DNA of 64,000 nucleotides from positions 26,012-90,011 of the IMG/VR virus record IMGVR_UViG_3300037502_002304; one strand, 5' to 3'. The position numbers and the translations under genes were made by a program. Shown here in pieces: positions 48,428 to 58,157 of the stretch. Within the stretch, counting starts at the first letter, position 1, and every line of letters begins with the position of its first letter. The notes under the pieces are model-generated. The model was not told where the DNA came from, ran no database searches, and worked only from the letters and a program-made list of their open reading frames with translations. This DNA comes from a virus.

Positions 48428-50788
48428 ATGGTAGACACAAATAGTTATCCTAATTATTTTCCTGCCCAGAAAATACCTACGTCTAAGAAGACAAAACAAT
48501 GGTATATTGACTGTATTAATGCGGCTGAAAATCTAGCATTAAGTCTGGGTTATGAAGAACATCGTAAAATGGAAGTTTGGTATAATCTATATAATGATGT
48601 TATAGATCAGGAGGAAATGGAAAGGGTATTTAATCCACTTGGATTAGATTCTTCTGCATTTCCTGCTACAATAAAAAACTATCCATTATCTGTTCCTAAA
48701 ATAGATTTATTACAAGGAGAGGAGATCAAAAGAAGATTTGATTGGAGTGTTAGGGCTCAAAATCTAGATGCTTATTCTAGTTATCAAAGTGATCTCTCTG
48801 ATATGTTAATGGAGATTCTTATAGAGGAACTGCAAAGTCAGAATTATGATGAGCAGAAATTACAACAAAGACTTTCTAGTTTTGGCAAGTATGCCATGTA
48901 TGAATGGAAAGATAAGAATGAGTTAACTGCTACTAGAATTCTACAATACTTATGGCAAAAAGAATTATTACAGTATAAATTTAATAAAAACTTCTTAGAT
49001 GCTCTTATCCTTGGTAAGGAAGTAGCTAGAATAGATATTGAGGGGGAGGAACCTGTATTTAAAAGAGTAGATCCTAGAACTTTCTACTCTATTAGAAGAG
49101 GTAATTCTGAATTTATAGAAGATTCTGATATAGTTTTAGAAATTACTTATGAACCTATAGGAAAAGTAATAGATGCTTTCTATGACTATCTTACTCCTTC
49201 AGAAATAGATGCAATAGAAAATGGGCATAGATTTGCTAAAGGCAATCAAAGCCCTCTAGGATATAAAAATCAATTACCTCCTATTTATTCTAACTTAGAT
49301 TTTGGTGGCGGTGAAGGATTTATAAATCTTACAGAATTTAATAATAGTGACTATAAATATGGATTACCTTATGATTATGAAGGTAATGTTAGAGTAGTAA
49401 GAGTGCGTTGGATAGGTTTTAGAAAAATAGGTATATTAACTTATTTTGATGAGAATGGTGAAGAACAAACACGTTTAGTACCTGAAAATTATAAACCAGA
49501 TAAAGAGGCTGGAGAACATGTTAAATGGATATGGATTAATGAAGCATATGAAGGTACTAAGATAGGTGATGGTATTTTTGTTAAGATGCAGCCTAGAGAA
49601 GTCCAAATGCGGCATTTTGGAAATAAATCTAAATGTTTCCTTGGATATGTTGGTATTGACTTTGGTAAGTCTCTTATGGCTAGAATGGAACCATATCAAT
49701 ATTTATACAATATTTACATGTATAGATTAGAGATGGTTCTGTCTAAATATAAAGGCCCAATTTATGAGTTAGATTTATCTAAAGTACCAGATGACTGGGA
49801 ATTAGATATGTGGATGTACTATGCTGATATTCTTGGATGGGCTGTAGTAGATCCATTTAATGAAGGTAAGAAAGGAGCTGCTACTGGAAAATTAGCTGGT
49901 GCCTTTAATACTACTGGAAAAGTATTAGACCCCAACGTAGGTAATTATATACAACAGATAGTTATGATGCTCCAGTATATTGAAAAAATGATTTCTGATA
50001 TTTCTGGAGTTAATGACCAAAGGCTTGGTCAGATTGAAAATAGAGAAACTGTCGGGGGTGTAGAAAGAGCTGTTACTCAATCTAGTCATATTACTGAAAA
50101 ATGGTTTTTCGCTCATGATGAGTTTAAGAAGAAAGTAATGTTGGCTTTGTTAGATACAGCTAAATATGCTTGGCGTAAGTATAAAAATAAGAAGTTAAAT
50201 TATGTACTAGACGATATGTCTAGACAATTTATAGAATTTAACGGAGAAGATATTGCTACTACTGAATTTGATTTATTTATTACTAACAGTAGTAAAGATA
50301 TGGAAATTCGTCAAGTTCTTAAACAACTTAGTCAAGCTGCTGTACAAAATGGTGCTAGCATGGGTATTATTATAGATGTACTAAGGTCTGATAGTATTAC
50401 TGATATGGCTAGAAGGATTGAGCGTGATGAACGAGAGCGTCAAGAAAGATTAGAACAGCAAGAACAAGCTAGCAGAGAATCTCAAGAAAGAATTGCTCAA
50501 CTTCAAGAAGAGTCTAAAGAAAGAGATAGAGAGCTTAAGAAGTATGAGATTGATACTAATGCTAATACTGAGATTCAGAAAGCTTTAATCTCTAATGGTG
50601 GTATTAATGGAGATGATTCTACTATAGATAGAGAAAAATTAGAACTAGCTAGGAAACAGCATGAAGATAGTATGAAGTTAGAGCGAGAAAAATTCTCTGA
50701 AGATAAGCGTCAAGCTAGAGTAGAAGAATCTATTAAACGTAAGGAATTATCTATCAAGAAAAATTCAGCAAATAAAAGTAATAAATAA
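48428..50788 (+). CDS. Portal protein
   Basis: Follows terL; crAss-like P.QK.P..KK...W start; PKIDLL.GEE; GVNDQRLGQI...ETVGGVERAV; C-terminal coiled coil. Confidence 0.88.
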   Translation: MVDTNSYPNYFPAQKIPTSKKTKQWYIDCINAAENLALSLGYEEHRKMEVWYNLYNDVIDQEEMERVFNPLGLDSSAFPATIKNYPLSVPKIDLLQGEEIKRRFDWSVRAQNLDAYSSYQSDLSDMLMEILIEELQSQNYDEQKLQQRLSSFGKYAMYEWKDKNELTATRILQYLWQKELLQYKFNKNFLDALILGKEVARIDIEGEEPVFKRVDPRTFYSIRRGNSEFIEDSDIVLEITYEPIGKVIDAFYDYLTPSEIDAIENGHRFAKGNQSPLGYKNQLPPIYSNLDFGGGEGFINLTEFNNSDYKYGLPYDYEGNVRVVRVRWIGFRKIGILTYFDENGEEQTRLVPENYKPDKEAGEHVKWIWINEAYEGTKIGDGIFVKMQPREVQMRHFGNKSKCFLGYVGIDFGKSLMARMEPYQYLYNIYMYRLEMVLSKYKGPIYELDLSKVPDDWELDMWMYYADILGWAVVDPFNEGKKGAATGKLAGAFNTTGKVLDPNVGNYIQQIVMMLQYIEKMISDISGVNDQRLGQIENRETVGGVERAVTQSSHITEKWFFAHDEFKKKVMLALLDTAKYAWRKYKNKKLNYVLDDMSRQFIEFNGEDIATTEFDLFITNSSKDMEIRQVLKQLSQAAVQNGASMGIIIDVLRSDSITDMARRIERDERERQERLEQQEQASRESQERIAQLQEESKERDRELKKYEIDTNANTEIQKALISNGGINGDDSTIDREKLELARKQHEDSMKLEREKFSEDKRQARVEESIKRKELSIKKNSANKSNK

Positions 50789-50805
50789 TTTAATAAATAT
50801 CTAGT

Positions 50806-51351
50806 ATGAATAAATCAGATAAAACTATAGAAGACCTGCTTATGGGCAAAAAGAATAAACCTATGTTATCTACTAAGGTTCAATCAATAATTAATGCCCA
50901 TATTGCTTCTGAATTAGAAGCAGCTTACATTTATCAAGCTATGTATGCTTGGTGTGAGTATAAAGGATATACAGGAGCTGCTAAATTCTTTAATTTGCAA
51001 TATTATGAGGAATTAGAGCATATGCAGAAACTTTATAAGTATATGACAGATAGAATGGCTTTACCTAAAACTCCTACACTTAAACAAGTTCCTATGAACT
51101 ATAGTAGTTTAAAAGAAGTTGTAAGTAAGGCACTAGAACATGAAATTTTAGTAGAAGAAGGGTACAAAGCTTCTTTACAAAAAGTATGGGCAGAAAAAGA
51201 TATGACTACTTTTAGTTTTCTACAATGGTTTGCAGAGGAACAAATAGAAGAAGTAGCTACATTTAGTAATTTTGTGGATAGGTTAACAATAGCAGGTAAT
51301 GATAGTGCTGCTATATTAGAAATTGATGAAGAAATGGGTAAGAGATCATAA
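50806..51351 (+). CDS. ftn: Non-heme ferritin
   Basis: E..A..IY..M..W, G.AKFF, EELEH, LEHE, FLQWF.EEQIEE ferroxidase residues. Confidence 0.88.
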   Translation: MNKSDKTIEDLLMGKKNKPMLSTKVQSIINAHIASELEAAYIYQAMYAWCEYKGYTGAAKFFNLQYYEELEHMQKLYKYMTDRMALPKTPTLKQVPMNYSSLKEVVSKALEHEILVEEGYKASLQKVWAEKDMTTFSFLQWFAEEQIEEVATFSNFVDRLTIAGNDSAAILEIDEEMGKRS

Positions 51352-51370
51352 TTAATTAAAATATAAGGAT

Positions 51371-52285
51371 ATGACATTACAAGAAGTAGTTAATAAATTT
51401 AAAAAACATCCTAAGTATTTAACTAATGGGGCAGGCAAGTTAAGTAAAAGATTTAAATGTAGTAAAGAAACTATTTATAGAGCTAAAAAGATAGTTAGAA
51501 CTAGTAGAGGTAGACTGCCCAAGATTCTAATATTTGATATAGAGACTTCTCCTTCCATTACTTATACTTGGAAGAGGTTTAAAGAGAATATTGGTGTAGA
51601 TCAAGTAATACAAGACCCAATAATGTTAACATGGGCAGCTAAATGGTTATATGGCTCTGAAATATTATCAGATTGTATTACTACTGAAGAACTTAAAAAT
51701 TTTAATGATTATAGAATAGTAAAAAGTCTATGGAATTTAATAAATGAAGCTGATATTGTAATAGCTCATTATGGTGATAAATTTGATATTCCTACATTGA
51801 ATAGTAGAGCTATTGTAAATGGTATACCTCCATTTTCTTTTACTCAAAGTATAGATACTAAAAAAGTTGCTTCTAAACTATTTAGATTTCCTTCTAGTAA
51901 ATTGGAAGCTCTTGGTACTTATTTTGGTGTAGGTCATAAAATTAAAACTGATTTTACTCTTTGGAAAAGATGTATGGAATTAGAACAAGCTGCATTGGAT
52001 GAGATGCTTACATATAATAAGCAAGATGTAGTGTTATTAGAAGAAGTATATTTGAAACTTAGACCTTATATAAAAGGACATCCTAATATAGGTTTATATT
52101 TAGAATCAGATAAACCTGTATGTGCTAATTGTGGTAGTGACCACTTACATGAAGAAGGTGAATATTATACTACTGTAGGTAGATTTAAAGTTTATAGATG
52201 TGAGTGTGGGGCTTTAAGTAGAGTGAGACATAATAATTACTCTAAAGAGTATAAAGGAGTACTTTTAACTAGTGTTTCAAAGTAA
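51371..52285 (+). CDS. RNase H-like 3'-5' exonuclease with C-terminal Zn ribbon
   Basis: FDIETSP, HYGDKFD, YNKQDV; C..CGS...C.CG. Confidence 0.82.
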   Translation: MTLQEVVNKFKKHPKYLTNGAGKLSKRFKCSKETIYRAKKIVRTSRGRLPKILIFDIETSPSITYTWKRFKENIGVDQVIQDPIMLTWAAKWLYGSEILSDCITTEELKNFNDYRIVKSLWNLINEADIVIAHYGDKFDIPTLNSRAIVNGIPPFSFTQSIDTKKVASKLFRFPSSKLEALGTYFGVGHKIKTDFTLWKRCMELEQAALDEMLTYNKQDVVLLEEVYLKLRPYIKGHPNIGLYLESDKPVCANCGSDHLHEEGEYYTTVGRFKVYRCECGALSRVRHNNYSKEYKGVLLTSVSK

Positions 52286-52371
52286 TAATTAATATTAAGT
52301 CTATTAGAACTGAAAATAAATTTGGAAGTAATAATTTAAAATCTTATAATTGCAAATAAATTATATTAGCT

Positions 52372-53562
52372 ATGAGTATGGAGAAGAATAATTTGTTCAA
52401 TTTAGACCTATCTGAATATGATGAAACAATATCAAAAATGATAGGAGAAGATACAGATGATAGTGCTGACCAGAATACGGGTGATATTATTGAAGATACA
52501 AATATTGATGTAAACGATAATTTAGACACCAATAATGTAGATAATGATAACATTGATGATGTTGATCAAGATGAGGAGGATACCGATCCTTTAAACGATA
52601 CTGATGATGACCAAGATACTAACAAAGGTGATGACCAGGAAGGGGATGATGAAGATAGCAACACTACTTCTCTTACTCCATATGCTAAGTTGTTAGTTGA
52701 GGAAGGTATCCTCCCTAATCTTGATTTAGAAAAATTTGATGGAACAGCAGAGTCTCTTATTGAGGCTGCTAGGAATGAAATTTACAATGGTATCAATTCT
52801 TATAAGGAAAATTTACCTGATGAGATTAAAACATTAATTAATGGTTATGAAGCAGGTGTTCCTTTTGATCAATTATTGGAATATAATAAAAGTATTACTA
52901 AATATTCACAAATAGATGAAAATTCTTTATCTGAAAGTGAAGAACTTCAGAAGCAAATTTTAAAAGATTATTATAAAAAGACTAGTAAATTTTCTGATGA
53001 GAAAATTGATAAGTTAATTGAGAGGAGTGCAGATTTAGGAGAATTGTTTGAAGAAGCTTCTGCTAGTTTGAAAGAACTTGTAGAGATTCAGAAAGAAGAG
53101 GAGCAATTAGCTATTGAAGAAGCTCGTAAACAACAGGAGCAAATGTTAGAGCAACAAAAGGCTCAGCTAGAGGAATTTAATAAAACTGTGGATAATATTA
53201 AGGAGATTATTCCAGGATTAAAAGTTAGTGATACTCTTAAGAATAAGATTAAGAAAAATATTACTACTCCTGTAGCTTATGATCAGTATGGTAATCCTCT
53301 CAATAAGATAGGTAAATATAGATTAGAGAATCCTATTCAATTTGAAATAACTTTAAATTATTTGTTTGAATTAACTAATGGATTTACAAACTTTGAAGTC
53401 TTAGGTAAGACTGGTAAATCTAAAGCTTTTAAAGAACTTGAAGAAGCTGCTAAGAGCATTAGCTCTAGCGATGGAGGTAGAGCAGCTACTTCTAAACCAA
53501 TGGATTCAGATATTAAGAAATCAATTGAAGGATTCATGTCAAATTTTCGTAATGGGTATTAA
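52372..53562 (+). CDS. Acidic putative scaffolding/assembly protein
   Basis: Asp-rich N-terminus, coiled coil, directly upstream of major capsid gene. Confidence 0.6.
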   Translation: MSMEKNNLFNLDLSEYDETISKMIGEDTDDSADQNTGDIIEDTNIDVNDNLDTNNVDNDNIDDVDQDEEDTDPLNDTDDDQDTNKGDDQEGDDEDSNTTSLTPYAKLLVEEGILPNLDLEKFDGTAESLIEAARNEIYNGINSYKENLPDEIKTLINGYEAGVPFDQLLEYNKSITKYSQIDENSLSESEELQKQILKDYYKKTSKFSDEKIDKLIERSADLGELFEEASASLKELVEIQKEEEQLAIEEARKQQEQMLEQQKAQLEEFNKTVDNIKEIIPGLKVSDTLKNKIKKNITTPVAYDQYGNPLNKIGKYRLENPIQFEITLNYLFELTNGFTNFEVLGKTGKSKAFKELEEAAKSISSSDGGRAATSKPMDSDIKKSIEGFMSNFRNGY

Positions 53563-53581
53563 TTTATAAAATAGATAGAAA

Positions 53582-55063
53582 ATGAGTGTAAGTAAAGCTA
53601 GTTTTCCCAACATAAGGGTAGAAGCAAAAGATTGGGCGGGTCTAACTACCCGTAACCATTTGGGAGCTCTGTTTGGAGAACAACCTGAAATTATTTCTGA
53701 TTTCATCTCTAAATTAGAGTACCTTGATCTGGGAGAAGATTTAATCTCCTATATGCAACAGTATCCTGTTTATTATCTTAATGATGATGTAGAATTTGAA
53801 TGGATGCTGAAAGGAGCTGAAGAAAAGAATATTCCTTTGGTTAAAGCTACTGATCTTAATGGTACTGAAGTTACTCCTACAGATGAATTCGGTAAAGGTG
53901 GTCAACGGTTCTTAATGTGGTTCCCTGAAAAATGGTTCTCTAAACAACAAGTAATTGTAGGTGATAATCCTGATGCCTATAAGTTACTTATTCGTAGCGA
54001 AGGAGAACAACGTGGTGCATACTTCGTATATGAAGTAGAACTGGTAACTGGAGACACTGAACTTTATGTCCCGTATGAAGAACTGGTAGCTGGTACTCGT
54101 TGGAGCATTGAATACTCTCTGTCTGAACAAACTCTGTCAAAAGATGGTTCTGACATCGTATTCAACTCTGCCTTTAGAATGAGTAACCGCATGTCTATGA
54201 TCAGGAAGAAACATCTCGTTCCTGGTGATATGATTAATAAGAAGTTGAATAATCCTATTATTTTCCAACTTGGTGATGGTAAAGCTAAGACTTGGATTAA
54301 TAAACTCGACTGGGAATTCAACCGTCAGTTCCGTCGTGAAAAAGCTAAATTGTTGATGTTTGGTATTTCTAACCGTCGTCCTGATGGTTCTTACGGAAAC
54401 ATTGGAGACTCTGGCTATGAAATTAAAGCTGGTATGGGGCTCCGTGAACAAATCTCTCCGTCTAATATTCTGTACTACAATAAGTTTAACATTGAAACTC
54501 TTGTAGATTACTGCTTAAGCTTATCTGTAGGTAAATTGCCTGAAGATTCTCGTAGGTTTGTAATCGGTACTGGTGAGCATGGATTGAAAGTAATCTCTCG
54601 TGAAATTGAGCGTTATGCTTCTTCTAGTGCTCTTGACTATGGTCGTATCACTGGAATTGAAGGAGGTTCTAAGGCTAGCTTCCATCGTCCGCAATTCGTG
54701 AAATTAGCTGACATTAATGGTATTCGCCTTGAATTTATCCATATTCCTCAATATGATGATCCCGTACGTAATAAGATTCAACATCCTGAAGGAGGTCTTG
54801 CAGAGTCTCACCGTATGACTATTATGGACTTTGGTACTTCACAAGGAGAGCCTAATATCCAGTTAGTACGGTCTAGAACCAATCCTGAAATCTTTGCTTA
54901 CTATCCTGGATTGCGTGATCCTTATACTCCTGGTGGTGGAAATCGTCCTAAAATGATTGCTACTCCTGTAGATGGATACGAAATCCACAAAGCTGATTGG
55001 CTGGGTGTTATGGTTAGAAATCCGATGCGTTTAGGTGAATTTATTCCTAACGTTTTAGCATAA
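53582..55063 (+). CDS. Major capsid protein
   Basis: W.GLT..NHLG, G.GLREQI; strong high-expression codon bias (CGT, AAC, TTC); followed by hairpin. Confidence 0.85.
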   Translation: MSVSKASFPNIRVEAKDWAGLTTRNHLGALFGEQPEIISDFISKLEYLDLGEDLISYMQQYPVYYLNDDVEFEWMLKGAEEKNIPLVKATDLNGTEVTPTDEFGKGGQRFLMWFPEKWFSKQQVIVGDNPDAYKLLIRSEGEQRGAYFVYEVELVTGDTELYVPYEELVAGTRWSIEYSLSEQTLSKDGSDIVFNSAFRMSNRMSMIRKKHLVPGDMINKKLNNPIIFQLGDGKAKTWINKLDWEFNRQFRREKAKLLMFGISNRRPDGSYGNIGDSGYEIKAGMGLREQISPSNILYYNKFNIETLVDYCLSLSVGKLPEDSRRFVIGTGEHGLKVISREIERYASSSALDYGRITGIEGGSKASFHRPQFVKLADINGIRLEFIHIPQYDDPVRNKIQHPEGGLAESHRMTIMDFGTSQGEPNIQLVRSRTNPEIFAYYPGLRDPYTPGGGNRPKMIATPVDGYEIHKADWLGVMVRNPMRLGEFIPNVLA

Positions 55064-55074
55064 TCTAATCTTAT

Positions 55075-55112
55075 GGCTATAGGTGGTTGGTTCTGCCTAT
55101 AGCCCCTATTTT
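55075..55112 (+). terminator. Terminator after capsid gene
   Basis: GGCTATAGGTGG-ttggt-TCTGCCTATAGCC followed by T-rich tail. Confidence 0.65.
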
Positions 55113-55138
55113 TAATAAATAATTAAAATAACTTAGTT

Positions 55139-56002
55139 ATGGCAGATACATTTTTGAGGAAAGAGAAAGTAGTGGTTAAACCTATTGTAAGAACTAGACC
55201 CTTTTTTAGTAAAGGACATGATGGAGAATTTATGTTTACAGGAGCTGTAAAAAGTTACATGCTTCCTTATTCTATGAGCACTCGTAGTTTTGTAAACATC
55301 TTTGAAAGTAAAGAAGAACAAGAGTTTTTTGAATCTGAAATGGGCCTAAAGAAGGGAGCTATGTCTGTATATGACAGGAATAGTGCTTTTTGGAATGATT
55401 TTAAAGTAGATATTACTAAAGAAGGTAAAACTTTAGATTTATCTATTCCTTCACATATGCTAGAGTATAAAGTGCTTAAAGCTAACAAAACTAGAATTGC
55501 TCCTTCTTGGGATGATAGAAATAAGAGTGCTACTTATGAATTCGCTTTGGTGAGTGAATCTCAAGTTATTGTAGATAATATTAAAAACGCAGAGCGGGAC
55601 GAAAAAGCCATGGAACTCTTTATGAAGATTCATAAGTCTCCTAAAAAGATGTATGATATTCTTAGAGTTCTTGGTAAGAAACCTGAACATAATGCTAAAG
55701 ATGATATAGGTTGGCTTAAAGCTCAAATTACTGAGATTATTGCTGAGAAGAGGAAATCTAAAGGTGTTACTAATGTAGATGATTTTATTGCAGCTGCTGA
55801 AGATCCTAATCTTGCTACTAAATTGTTTGTACTAGATGCTATTGATGCAGGTGAAATTGTGCAACAAAATGGTAGTTATAGATTGGCAGCAAATGACCAA
55901 CTTCTTGGCAAGAATATGGCACAAGTAGTTGACTATTTTAAATCTCCAGTAGGAAGAGAAGATAAACTTCTCATTGAGCAACGGTTAGAATTAAATAAAT
56001 AA
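55139..56002 (+). CDS. Morphogenesis-module protein, function unknown
   Basis: Position immediately after capsid gene. Confidence 0.65.
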   Translation: MADTFLRKEKVVVKPIVRTRPFFSKGHDGEFMFTGAVKSYMLPYSMSTRSFVNIFESKEEQEFFESEMGLKKGAMSVYDRNSAFWNDFKVDITKEGKTLDLSIPSHMLEYKVLKANKTRIAPSWDDRNKSATYEFALVSESQVIVDNIKNAERDEKAMELFMKIHKSPKKMYDILRVLGKKPEHNAKDDIGWLKAQITEIIAEKRKSKGVTNVDDFIAAAEDPNLATKLFVLDAIDAGEIVQQNGSYRLAANDQLLGKNMAQVVDYFKSPVGREDKLLIEQRLELNK

Positions 56003-56018
56003 TTTAAAATATTAGATA

Positions 56019-56777
56019 ATGACTGCTAATGAGATGAAATTTAATTTTCAGTTAAAATTTGATAGCTTATTTGAGTTTTCTGCACCTGCATATGATGACC
56101 GTCAAATAAGTTATCTTTTAACTGAAGCTCAATTTAGAGTATTTATTAAAAGGTATAACCCTTTTGCTAATAAATACAGGGCAGGATTTGAAGATAATGA
56201 ACAGCGCAGACGTGATTTAGAACAACTTATAAAACCTGCTTTGTACTCTACTGTAGATACTATTCCTGATGGTGTAGAAGAAATTACTTTATCTGCTCAT
56301 CAAGGAGGGGTGCATCCTAATGGTGTTTTCCTTGATATGCCTGACGATTTCTTATATGCAGTTGAAGAAGCGGCTAAATTAGAAGGGCAACCAAAAGAAG
56401 CTTGGGTTAGGCCAGTAAAACATGATGAATATTTAGCTAATATTAATAATCCATATAAGCAACCTTATAAAGATTTAATCTGGAGGATGGATATTAGCAG
56501 ATACCAACATGCTGAGGGTACTTCTATAGCTGCTACAGCTAAAAGGACAGAACTTATTTTACCTGATGGATATAATTTAGAACATTATAGAGTTAGGTAT
56601 CTATCTACACCTCCTTCTATTGTTTGTGATGAATTTGATCCTGATAATCAAAAACACTGTGTTTTGGATGAAACTCTACATAGAGAGATTGTAGATGAAG
56701 CAGTTATTATTGCACAAGCTGCTGTTAAACCTGAACAATATCAAGTAGGGGTTAATGAACAAGAAAGAAATGATTAA
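56019..56777 (+). CDS. Head-tail connector/ring protein
   Basis: M..NEM...F; YLLTEAQ; FE.NE.RR.DL..L; Y.VRY...P; C.L.E.LH.EIVD.AV, typical of crAss tail ring proteins. Confidence 0.65.
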   Translation: MTANEMKFNFQLKFDSLFEFSAPAYDDRQISYLLTEAQFRVFIKRYNPFANKYRAGFEDNEQRRRDLEQLIKPALYSTVDTIPDGVEEITLSAHQGGVHPNGVFLDMPDDFLYAVEEAAKLEGQPKEAWVRPVKHDEYLANINNPYKQPYKDLIWRMDISRYQHAEGTSIAATAKRTELILPDGYNLEHYRVRYLSTPPSIVCDEFDPDNQKHCVLDETLHREIVDEAVIIAQAAVKPEQYQVGVNEQERND

Positions 56778-56810
56778 TAATTATTTATGTCAAACTTAAT
56801 ACTATAGAAA

Positions 56811-58010
56811 ATGATCGCACAAAGTAATGTAACTCACATGATTGTAGGTAAAGACCTAGACCTGCTTTCTGCTTCTGGAACTCGAGATGACCTTGCTGTA
56901 GGTCAAATTGGAGTCTTTTTGGTTGGGTCTAAGACTGCTAAGATTGATGCTTTAGCTTCTGGAGATAGATTTACCATTGTGTATCGTAACAGTAAAGGTG
57001 TTCTCATTGAGACTCCTGTAATTGATTATGATACAGTTAAAGAAAAGTCTGCAGTTGAATATACGGCTCCTTCACAAAAAGTAGTTGCAGTAGGTTATAA
57101 TGGTACTTCTGGGTCTATAGATGTAGAGGACAATAACGATTATGTATTCCACATTTTCTTTAAAGATAACTCTACTACTTTTGCAAAGGGTACTCCTGTT
57201 AAATTCGCTGCTTATCGTAGTTCTGATGCTGCTACTCAAGTAGAAATTGCTGATGGATTGGCAGAGAACTTTAACAAGAACTTTGCACGTGAGAATCCCA
57301 AGCTGATTAAAGCTGAAGTAATTGTTAGTGCTTCTGGAGCTGCTATCACTGGTACTGGTGATTTAACTGTTAAAAATGGTAGTAAATATGTAGTTGCTGC
57401 TACAGATGTAGATGCTGTATTAACTGTAGGAGATTATATCCGATTCGGTACTAATACTTCTGCTCCTGTATATAAAGTAACTGCTATTGATGCTACTAAC
57501 AACATTATTACCTTACATATGCCTTATCAAGGTGATAGTGGAACTGTAGCAGAAGCTAATGCTAATGTAGTAACTGCTGCTGATGCTGCTTCAGCAAATG
57601 CTGGTGTACTCTTAACTGGATTACCTATTACTGCTAGTTTTGACCCTGGTATTATTAGGTATGATGTTGTAGAGTTTAATGTAGAACTTAAAGATGATTT
57701 TGGCTCTACTAATATTGAAGAGCTGTCTGCAGCTTCAGTAGGTGCTGGTACTTATTGGGAAGTAGCACAAAATGAATGGTTCTTGAAAGGTAACCGTGGT
57801 GAACCGTGGAGATTAGGTAACTATCCTAAAACTGTAGTTCTAGAAGCTACTGAGGGAAAAGTATATGATCAAATCTCCTTCAACTATGTAGACTATAATG
57901 CTAGAACTGTGGATAGACATGTAGGTTCTTTCGGAACTGTTATGATTGCTACTGAAGATGAAGATTCTTCTACTATTCATACTGATTTGAAGACTGTATT
58001 AGGAATTTAA
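56811..58010 (+). CDS. Abundant virion structural protein (auxiliary capsid-like)
   Basis: Ala/Val/Thr-rich beta protein, high-expression codons, G.G.YW.VA..E motif, followed by terminator. Confidence 0.55.
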   Translation: MIAQSNVTHMIVGKDLDLLSASGTRDDLAVGQIGVFLVGSKTAKIDALASGDRFTIVYRNSKGVLIETPVIDYDTVKEKSAVEYTAPSQKVVAVGYNGTSGSIDVEDNNDYVFHIFFKDNSTTFAKGTPVKFAAYRSSDAATQVEIADGLAENFNKNFARENPKLIKAEVIVSASGAAITGTGDLTVKNGSKYVVAATDVDAVLTVGDYIRFGTNTSAPVYKVTAIDATNNIITLHMPYQGDSGTVAEANANVVTAADAASANAGVLLTGLPITASFDPGIIRYDVVEFNVELKDDFGSTNIEELSAASVGAGTYWEVAQNEWFLKGNRGEPWRLGNYPKTVVLEATEGKVYDQISFNYVDYNARTVDRHVGSFGTVMIATEDEDSSTIHTDLKTVLGI

Positions 58011-58039
58011 TCCCCTATCCTGTCTCTTGCCTGTCTCGG

Positions 58040-58070
58040 AAGGTGGTTAGTAATTCTAGCCACCTTTTTT
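58040..58070 (+). terminator. Rho-independent terminator
   Basis: AGGTGGTTAG-taatt-CTAGCCACCTTTTTT. Confidence 0.78.
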
Positions 58071-58157
58071 ATAAAATTAATATAAAGTCTATTAGAACTA
58101 AAAAAATATTTGTAAGTAATTATTAATTACCATATATTTACGCCAAATAATGTAATT

